Source of the DNA: Bigelowiella natans CCMP2755
Lineage: Eukaryota > Protista > Cercozoa
Direction of reading: 5' to 3'
Assembly (NCBI GenBank): GCA_000320545.1
Contig: ADNK01000313.1
Coordinates: forward strand, 124,001-188,000
Length of the DNA: 64,000 nt
In this document: positions 51,401-64,000 of the stretch, in pieces
How positions within the stretch are numbered: position 1 is the first letter of the stretch
Layout of the letters: every line of letters starts with the position of its first letter
The notes under the pieces: model-generated
Database searches by the model: none
The model's input: the letters and a program-made list of their open reading frames with translations, nothing else
Told to the model about the DNA's origin: nothing
Program-made: the position numbers and the translations under genes

Positions 51401-54400
51401 GATTTCTGGAAACAGCTTCCCCACTGTGTCTGCAAACACAATAGCAGCTTGCATCTTCGCACAGATTTCTGCAACGTTTGAGAGCTCATAACTGTCGGTG
51501 GAGTTTCCCCGACGATAGCCGTGATTAGGATGGCTACGACGAGTGATTGTTTTCAGTATCTCTTCCGGTAGTTGGAGGATGCGGAGCGCCTCGGATATAC
51601 CGTCGTAGCTATCAGAATCATCCCGATCAGTCCAATTCTGCAAGTCAGCATCATCTTCTTCCTCGAAGCGTACCCCCTCTTCAAAAGCGTTGTAGGTTTC
51701 TCCACCATCGATTCCGCCAGATGTCATCGGAAGCAGCGGTATTGTCCCTGCTACAGTAGTGATTGGGCCAGCCCAAGCTTGTAAGATTTTCATGGCGACG
51801 GCTTTCGCTTGCTTTCGGGAGGGAACGCATCGCACAATGGCAAGAGATGATGTTAGGTCCCAACTCGATGCCGCGCGATCCTGATGGTGTGATGATGTGA
51901 CCAACAGATAAGAAAAAAGATGAACAAACAAACAGTGAACAGATTTGTCAGTGCATCGGAGGACAGAATATCTACTTCTTCACCAAAAAGGTGAATCGTG
52001 AAATAACAAACAGGCAGGAACTCGTGCCTCAGCGTAGTAGACCTATTTATTACCGCGAAATGGTTGATAGCCAAATCAGCCTCCTGAGCAAATTCTCCTA
52101 GCTTCCTTTTGTTCTCGGTGTTGAAGTAGTAGGTCACCGCAACAGCAGCCATGACATCTGCAGCTGCAACTTCGGAAACCTCCTTCTCCTTATATATGCT
52201 GCCGCCACCAATGCCCCCCCCCCGCCGGGAGCTGTCCTCCTCGTAACTCTGAGTGAGGTTGTAGAATATCCGAGCAACCTTTTTGGCAAGTCTCATTGCT
52301 GCGCTTGGATCACGTGTCCACAGGTAAAACAGCACTGCATCCCAGAATTCGCAGTTCTTCTTATTTTCAACGACACCTCCGGTGTGATCAGTAGCCGCAG
52401 CACGATTGATGTGACGGTGCCCGGGAGAATAATAAAACTCCTCCACTAATTTTCGTGCTACGGAATGAGGAAACGTAACCTTTTGATTCTGCAACGTCGA
52501 AGCACGAGGGGGCTGGTTGGATTCTTGCAGAAGCATGACGGAAGGGAGGTTCACTCCGATTCCGATCAGCGCACAATGGATAATGTTTGCGTAGCTTCGA
52601 GCTAGATTCGTCCGCCAATAGGCCGACGAAGAGCCAAGTCTTCTGGAGGGACGAGGTGCGGTAGCCATAAATCTGTGAGCAAGATCGCCCAGGCACTCTT
52701 TTGAAGAGTACAAACAGGCACTGCAAGGAGAAGGAGACGTCTTAACACCCTTGGCCGTCGGCCAGCTCCAAGTGCTACGTGCTTCACTCTCAACCGCGCG
52801 TGCAGCTGCGGTGGCTGCGGCCCTGTACACATGCAGTAAAACAGTAGGTAGTAATAAGCAGCAGCTTAGGATCCGTATGCATCTTCTATAGAATGTTATC
52901 TATAACTTGGCTCTCAATATTTCGAGGTTAATCATTACACACACACACACACACAACCACACACATACTAAGAGGGAGAGGGAGAGGGAGAGAGGGAGAG
53001 AGAGCGAGAATCCGTTGCCGAAAATACAATACACAAATGAATGGATGATCGCCTTGAAATCGTTGTTTTGAATATTTTTTGTAATACCAAACGTGGGTGT
53101 GGGGAAGGTTGGAGGCGTGGAAGTAGCTGTTAGCCCAGGTAGCAGATAAAGCATTTGAAATAGCCTGACGAACGCGTCTTCCGCGAGGTAGAAGTAGCTT
53201 TGTCGGCTTTGCAGCAGCTGCTGCTGCTCCAACACCCTCAGTAGTAGCTCTCTCCTCCAAGCACAACTGCTTCTCGATGTACTTGGTAACAACCCACAAC
53301 CTCGTCGCGTTTTCTCTCCAATGAGGCGGAAACGGCTGTGTTAAGATTCGGCGGTACTCTGCTTCAATGGCCAGCTTCAATCTTAGCCAAGCACCGATTA
53401 GAAGCGACGAGGAGTACACCGCGTTCCTCTCGGAATATTCGTGCTGTGGCGCGAGATTAGCGGCATTTCTATGGGAAATGCTACGCTCTGATCTCGATGG
53501 AACTAAATGGAAGATGCGTCCTTTCGCAAGTTGGCCAGGGTTAGGAGGATGATAACTCGAGGGCAGCTCTGCAGTGTTGTCAATTCTCATGTAAACTTCT
53601 CGAATTTGTAATTCGCTCAGTCTGAGCAAATGAAATGCTTGGATGAAGAGAGACTTATCGGTCAAGAGCTTCGCTGCCGTTGATATTATCCTCACACTCT
53701 GCAGCAAAAGTACCTGGTGGGAGCTTGCCCATGCAATGCACTTCAAAATCTGTGCAGATGCTGTGAGGATGTGGTGGCCAACTTCTTCTAAAGCGCCTTT
53801 ATCCCCCTCCTTGGTGTAAGGCGACAACGCTTTCATCCCCATTTTTCGCTGGGCAGAAGCTCTCGTCGTAAGGGCCTGCAACTCAGACTGTATGGCTGTT
53901 CTCGATGCTTTACAAACAGCTTTGAGATTAGCATCGTACTCAGATGAAGGATACGAGAGGAGCACGCGCCAGAGTCTCAGACATGACAGCAGCGGCACTT
54001 GCCCGGTCTTGTCTTCTTGCCGTTTGATGGCGCCCATAAGTCTCTCAGGATTTTCGATAGACTCTACTCTGAACTCAAGAACAGCTTGGCCGTTGCTGCA
54101 CAAAATACGTGGTTCGTGGGCACTGCACTGCACGCTCATCTGAAGGGAGCGATTGTGATTATTGGCACTGGTTGCTGCTTTTGGCCAATTGAGAACTAAG
54201 TGCAATTTGGATCCAGAAGCGCTGCCTTTCAAAGCAAATGGGACGGGCTTATGTAATCTTGTCACCATAATCAGGCTGCCAGATTCTGTCAACAGCGATA
54301 CGAACAGAGAAGATCCGCCCTTCCCGGTTACCCAATCTAAACTAGACACCCATCCCCGCGTCCATCCTGCCGACAAGTCGTTCTGCTGTCACATGATGGG

Positions 54401-57056
54401 TCATAGCAAAAACTACAATTAATAACACCGAGAGGAAGGGGGGCGGGGGGGGGAGGGGGTGAACACTGCTGATTGAATTAAAACTCTACTACTGTCAATG
54501 AGATCACCTTAGCAGACTGCTTTCTAGTATTCATCCCGAAAAATGAGCTCCCCTTTCTGCGTAGATTTGAAGGCACATGATGTCTTTTAGGTCGATAAGC
54601 TTCTGAGAGCTCTTTTGAGAGATCAACTTCCCTATAAATGTGGGAATGGCCCGTGCCACACCTCCACTTGACGTGGTTTTCCTGGGGATAAACACGAGAG
54701 GGCAGCTTCTGGTAATGGTTGGTACGATATTGTGCTCTTTTCAAGTTTTCTTGAAGCCTGGGAGCGAAGGAAAGACCGGCTTTCGCAGCTCCAATATCAT
54801 CGTTGAGAAACGAAAAGAAAACCAATCGTGCTGCAACGCTATTTGGGGTGTTAATCATCACGGCTAGTAGTTCTGCCTCAGCATCCCATTTAGTCAGGAT
54901 AAGCCCGGCATTCTGTGTGCTCCGTCCTTCGGATTTGCCGTCGTTGCCGTTACTATTGGGCCGTTTTTTGTTGCCTTTAACCCGGTGCATCTTCAGCGCA
55001 CTTGTACCCAGATCCTGGAATAAGCCACCTTCAAGGGGTAAAATGGCGCGTTTCACAGTTACAGGGATGCCGGCATCTGCCTCTTTACGATACTCCTCAA
55101 AACACATTCCGGCCATAGCAAGAGAGGGCGAATCAACCATCGACCATCGACCTGTGTGGAAGTCCCTGCTTGAGATATCAAATAAAGCGGAAAGATCCCA
55201 CACGGCTAGTCCTGTCGCTATTGCTGGGTCGCACGGCAATCCCTTGGATGTACATGGGTAAACATGTGTGATTCTCCAACATCCGCCCTTAAGGCCACGT
55301 GCTACATGGCTGACCGATAGACTCCCGAAATGTGTTGCTGCGCCTTCAGCGTAATCGCTGAGGTAGTAGCAATGCGGATTGTTGTCTGGGCCTCTTGAGT
55401 CGGAACCACGACCCGCTTTTGAAGAAGATGCTGCGGTATTTACTCCGTGTTCTTCGGGATCAACGTGAAAGCTTCTCGCTAGTTGGGGGTCCGTCGAATT
55501 CCTCTTCCCTGAACTTATGATATCGTGTTTTCCTTCGTCTTCTCCGTACGAGTCACGAAACTTGCCATCTTGGTGCAAGTCTTGCATGGTACTGTATTTT
55601 TTCATATGACTTGATTTATTTCTTCGGCCCCGATAGCCCCCTACTAAAGCTTCAGGAGACTGGCAATGCTCCAACAATACCCATCGAGACCGCACTGGGC
55701 TCGATAGGTCGCCTTTAGCTTCATGAGCAGTAGCTACTTTATCATTAGGATGAGGCAATCTATACCAAAGCCACATCCCCTCTCTCTCCGTGATTAGCAC
55801 CATACTGTTTCCATCCTCTGAAATGCTTAAATGGTGATATCGAATAGGTGGCAACGAAGCGGCGAAAAGCCCTGTCACATAATACATCAGCGTTTCCGCA
55901 TCAGCTTCCAGTGTATCAAAGAAAACGCAGATCATGTATGTATGATGCAGTTTTTAAGAAAAATTTTACCCCCAAGGAACTGTCCCTGTTTTCGTCGTCT
56001 CCTCTCGATTCGCTCTAATAGATAGATGGAAAAAATGATACATTGGATTCATCATCGAGGAGACAGAGATTTATTACCTTCCGTCATCGGGCCTCTTATC
56101 CATTGGACCTGATCGTCCTGAGTATTCCTGAGGTACGTTCAGGAAATCTTTGTCAATCGTCATGAAGTAAGTATCAACCAATGCTTATTAGTTACCAAAT
56201 TACAAAGTCCCCCTCTTCATATCGTCGGCTATCTTTCACAGCAGCCGCAATATATCGGCATGACCGGCAAGACGCCGTTAACAAAAACCTACACAGTTCA
56301 AAATCAGTACAAGCGCGATGACTCGCACATCGACCATGAATAGCAATCGACATGACGTAAATGCTGGTAATTCAGCACACGCTGCAGCTTGCACCCGGGA
56401 CCGCGTTAGTAATGCCATTATTTCCGTTGGCTTACGTAAGCTCTACCTTGCACCAAATTTTAATTCCAACGGGGTTGCCCTTGGTGCTTGTCCTGTTGAC
56501 TGAAGAAGGCCTATCCGTTGGCCATCTGGTACAGAATGTAGGAATGAATTGATGTTGTTGCAAATGTAAACTGGTTGCCATTGAACTTGCCTTTGTCGTT
56601 CTCATCGAAGAGGGCAAAGTCTGCGGGAATCAATTGCCCATGCCTTCGCTGAAATCGTAAAGAAGATAAGGATGTTTTTACAGAGACATGGGCAGCATGC
56701 CCCAATGTGTTAGGCCGAACCGGAAGATGAGCAACTCTGGTGAACGGTTTTTTCCGATCGATAACAAGCGCTTTGGAATTGGTGAGCGTGAGAGTCGATG
56801 CCATGTTCATATCATCGGGCTTCGGAGCGCAGAGGGACTGGTGTTGCGCTGGTACATCATCATTATTTAGGGGAGGGGTGCAATGTAACTGATCGGGTAG
56901 GATGTATTCCTCCGTCCGTTGATGTTGTTCTGAGTTTAGAATGAGAACATGTAACATTTTATAACCGAAAATATCCTTTGAAAAAATAACCTTTTCCGTT
57001 GTTTAAGTTGTTGGTGGTATGTAATGATCGTATGCTCCTCTCTCTTTCTCTCCCAT
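42464..57056 (-). CDS. CPLANE1: CPLANE1/JBTS17 (C5orf42)-like ciliogenesis protein, roughly 4,000 aa, with EF-hand-like motifs in the C-terminal half
   Basis: The large ORFs from 55935 to 46154 join in phase across GT-AG introns (checked for five junctions). N-terminal blocks RKKPFTRVA, SISEDGNSMVLITEREGMWLW, LTKWDAEAELLAVMIN, WVSSLDW..SLFVSLLTESGSL and PRILCSNGQAV occur in the same order as blocks I recall from vertebrate CPLANE1. Identification is from memory, not a search. The 3' end is 42614 or 42464. Confidence 0.7.
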
Positions 57057-57548
57057 ATCAGATGTTTTCGGCTTGTTTTATGAGCAAGATGGATGATGAG
57101 CATCTCACACTGAACACATTTATCTTACTATTGAGTTTCCAGATAATCCTAATATGGTAAAATCACTGGTATTTCACACTTGCGACATAATATTACATAT
57201 TTCTCATTACAAGAACTTTCTCCTAACGCCCTCCGAAGCGTCAAAAACTCGCCACTTCCCATCCAGCCGAAAGAAGGAAACTTTGAAAGCGGCCGCGCAT
57301 CACTCCCATCCCCTTTCCTCCGTTCTAGTCTGCGTGTGAAACAAAGTAATGACTTATTATTATGGTAATTAGAGCGTAGTGGATCGAAAAACGAAAATAG
57401 CTTCAAGCTCTAGGTTCCGATGGTAGCGAGACCTCGGAAGGAAGGAGCACTAGCCCTTTCGATGAACATCGTTGAATCAAATTCACTGGGTGGCTTTCAG
57501 CGACTAAACTTGAGAGTTTAGCGATCTTCTGTTTTTAAATAAGGTACC

Positions 57549-59980
57549 ATGGCTACTACAATGGAGAACATTACTTCTGCAAGCAAGTTTCTTTTCAAAG
57601 AGATGAAAAAGGGATTGAAAGCTAGACTATCAGGGGTCACAGGTAAAATCAAATAAAATTCGTTGGTGACTACTCTCACATGTTATCTTACCTCTCAGCT
57701 GAAGAATTCTCGAAAATGAACGACGATTTCGGCGACATAATGGCTCTCAACGACAAGGCAGTACAGACAATCTTTGACTTCATGAGCGAAGAAGAAATAA
57801 AGAAGTATGAATTAAATCCCCCAAGAGTGATAGCGATTGGAAACACATCATCTGGAAAATCAAGTTTGCTGCAGAACATCGTGGGATTTCCAATATTTCC
57901 CGTGCTCGATCGTGTGTGCACACGGCGACCGTTCAATTTGTCCATGAAAAAGGCGAGAGGTGGTAGCCACTCTTTGAACACGAAAGATACTTCTCGTAAT
58001 GAGGGAAAACAAGATGAGTTACGTACTGCGGAACTTCAGTTTCCTGCTTCCGGCAAGAATTTTATGCTTCCCGCTGAGACTGACGCAGTGAGGAGAGAGA
58101 TTGCAGATCTTCAACAGTCGAATAGTGATGTCGTTGATTTTTCGAAGCAGGAAATACGTGCTACAGTCATTTCGGAAACGAATGAGACTTTCTCATTCAC
58201 AGATCTTCCTGGGGTGTTTCTCGTGAGCGATATGAAGATGGGATCCAATTTTAAAGAAAGCCAATTACGAAACAACAAATTGAAACAAACAACTATGGAA
58301 ATTTCGAGGCATTATGTAGAAAAGCCGAACACAATCGTACTCGTGGTGATATCTGCCTCTGATTGGCTTCATGGAATGCATATGGATCCCCTGTGTGGGC
58401 ACTTATGTGAGTGGCTTGAAGAATGCAGGAAGACACAAAATGTGGATGTGTACGGCGTTGTAACTAAATTAGACATGCATGAGACTTTATCCGACAATTC
58501 TCCTGTGAAGAAAGTTCTTACCGGTCAGTTACCAGAGGGTCACATGCTGCGTGGATTGAAGGCCAAAAAGTGGATTCCAGTTGTATCTAGTCCACAGATA
58601 CTTAACGAGACACATAAGGAACAGGCTGGGAAATTGGAAATTGAAGCTATAAGGCGTTGCCTGAAGGGACCCATCCCAAATAGCACTTTGGAGAAAATGC
58701 CCATGGGTCGTGCGGCGCTTATCCGCGAGTTGAAGTTTGCTTTGCTGAAGTCAATTATCCAAAACCAGAAGGATCTTCGCAGTCAAATTTCAATATACTC
58801 CTCCGATGTACAAGCTCAGCTCAAATTGATTCCAAAAGCTGCTAATCCCTCAGAGAAAAAAGCCGACTTTGACCGTCGTCTCACAAAGCTGAAAGTAGGC
58901 TTACAGAGGGAAATAGGGCAAAAAGGACCCACAGCTACGGGGAATCTCAGAATGCGCCTTCTTGTGCGTGCTCCAGCCAAGTTCGAAAAGGACTTAGCGG
59001 CTTGCAGCCTTCGTGGAGATGTCATATCTGAAGTTGAGCAAATTTTGAACCAGTTGTTACTTGAAAGCGGAGGTAGCTTTGATTCAGATATGGCATTTAA
59101 AACCTTTGCTCCAAGAATCATTGAGAAGTACAGGAAGCCGTGCTTGGAGATGGTGAAAACCTGTGCGAATATTGTTCTTGAGGCACTACGGAAGGCGACA
59201 GAAAATGCATTCGGAGAGTACAAGCAACTCAAGAACCTTGTGGTAAGGAAACTGGGGCTGCAACAGAACTTAGATTTGGAGATCAAATCGAATTTAGATG
59301 ATTTACTTGGTAAAGCAAATAGCACAGCATCAAGCATGTTCTCGAAACTCTTATGTAGCACCGTATCCAAGGTGCTCACTCAACTTGATGCACAAGGAAC
59401 TATGCAGTGCTTTCATCCTTTGTGGATTCATTTTGATACTTTCCACCGAAAAATTCTCTCGATACAAGAGTCCAAATCAAAAACAGCTCAAACCGGCCCG
59501 GAGGATACCCTGCAAGAGATCTTGGAGTTACCCACATTGGCAAAAAGAGCAAAGGCGGAAGGGTTGAATGCCATTACAACATACGAAGGCGAGAAGAAGG
59601 TATCGATCTCACCTCAAAGAAGAGCTAAAATTATGAAACACTTCACAAGAATCGAAGTAATGGGTTACATCATCCGAATGACTCTTGTTGGAACAGTATT
59701 TCCCATTATCATACGTGATCTCCGTGATGGTCTCTTCAAAGGCATATATTGCGGACTTGAGAAATTTGGGGATGATGTTGAGACGTTGCTTAGAAAGAGT
59801 TTAATATACGACCCTGAAATGGCAAAGACGGTGTTATCATTCATGGATCCGAGTCCTGAAGACATGAAGAAAAGGGCAAAATGGGAAAAGAAGGCGAAGG
59901 TTATGCAAGATTTACAGTTTGAATTCGACAAATGTCAGGAGAGGATCCAAACACTTAAAGACAAATTTGAGGATCATTAA
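57549..59980 (+). CDS. Divergent dynamin-superfamily GTPase; exons 57549-57642 and 57699-59980
   Basis: G1 GNTSSGKSS, G2 CTRRP, G3 DLPG, G4 TKLD, followed by a helical stalk and a GED-like C-terminus. Phase-1 intron checked. Confidence 0.92.
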
Positions 59981-60821
59981 ATGTGCAGCAAACTGTGCTA
60001 AATTCGATAAAGTAGACAGCCTAACTAACAGGTGAGGTAAAAACCTGTACAGCGCATTTGTGGCCGCCATGCTATGACGCATTCAGTTCATCCACACAAA
60101 TCTAGAAATCACGGTCGGCATGATCATGGATCATTTCATCATTTCTAGCTTCACATGTCATTCTCATCATGTTTCACGAAGAGGTCGATTTTGAACACCG
60201 CGCAGTTGCATGCACCGCGGAGCACGGCTGCACACGTATCAAAGTGTGAGAGTGCTCACGAAGCCTTCAGAAGTGCACGTGAAGCGCATGCATGAGTTTC
60301 CGCTGCAACTGCAATTAAGCTTGAAGTTTGATTTCTGGCGCCTAGCGTCGCCATGTGCTTATTGCGCCCGCGTGGCTCCTCCATCCGCGGCGATCGCGCG
60401 CGCGCGCAGCCGTGCATGGGAACTTTTGCAGCACAAGCTCATTGGCTAATAATTAGCGACAAAATGTTGGAGAAAGATGTTGGTTTTTCAATCTGAATAA
60501 AACAGCGTGATGTCATGTCATGCAACTAGGCTAATTGCATCATCAAAGTGAAACGTGCGTGCAAAAGCCAAAAGACCCGTGTGCGAGCGGTGATGTCCCC
60601 TTGGGAGCTTGGTTTGCCATGCATGCTTGAGCTCACATTGCATTTTCATCATCAGGGTTTTGTTGTTTTGTTCTCAAAGCTTTTGTTAGCATCAACGTGC
60701 AATTACAAGCATTGGCAAGCAGCGCATCTGTCAGCTAATTGCAATCATGCCGCTATGCGAGACACATGGATGATCACTTTGGAAGGTTTCATCGATGCTC
60801 AACTCATAAATTTTACTGCAT

Positions 60822-64000
<3,179 letters not shown>

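Overview
Gene-dense, intron-rich eukaryotic nuclear DNA from a probably ciliated protist; the organism cannot be fixed from this window. Introns are GT-AG and many carry microsatellites. Eleven protein genes can be assembled by hand: RPS15 (+), a Wee1/Myt1 kinase (-), a 4-repeat MYB protein with a probable C-terminal SAM domain (+), a four-domain EEEE-filter Cav-type channel (-), an ABHD4/5-like hydrolase (+), PLRG1/PRP46 (-), an intronless RlmM/FtsJ-type methyltransferase (+), an uncharacterised membrane protein (+), a roughly 4,000-aa CPLANE1/JBTS17-like protein with EF-hand-like motifs (-), a divergent dynamin (+) and the 3' part of a class III aminotransferase (-). Gene orientation alternates almost perfectly. 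The most unusual signal is non-coding. A sharply bounded 1.45-kb tract (36712-38157) has no TAT, TAC or ATA on the + strand. Only 15 TA dinucleotides survive by hand count, 14 of them as TAG, and TG/CA/CG are abundant. The tract contains a 137-bp MITE-like element. Weaker versions of this composition sit at each convergent 3'-3' junction. I infer a context-specific A-to-G (TAY to TGY) DNA hypermutation process, opposite in direction to fungal RIP. Exon boundaries and counts were made by eye and need computational confirmation.
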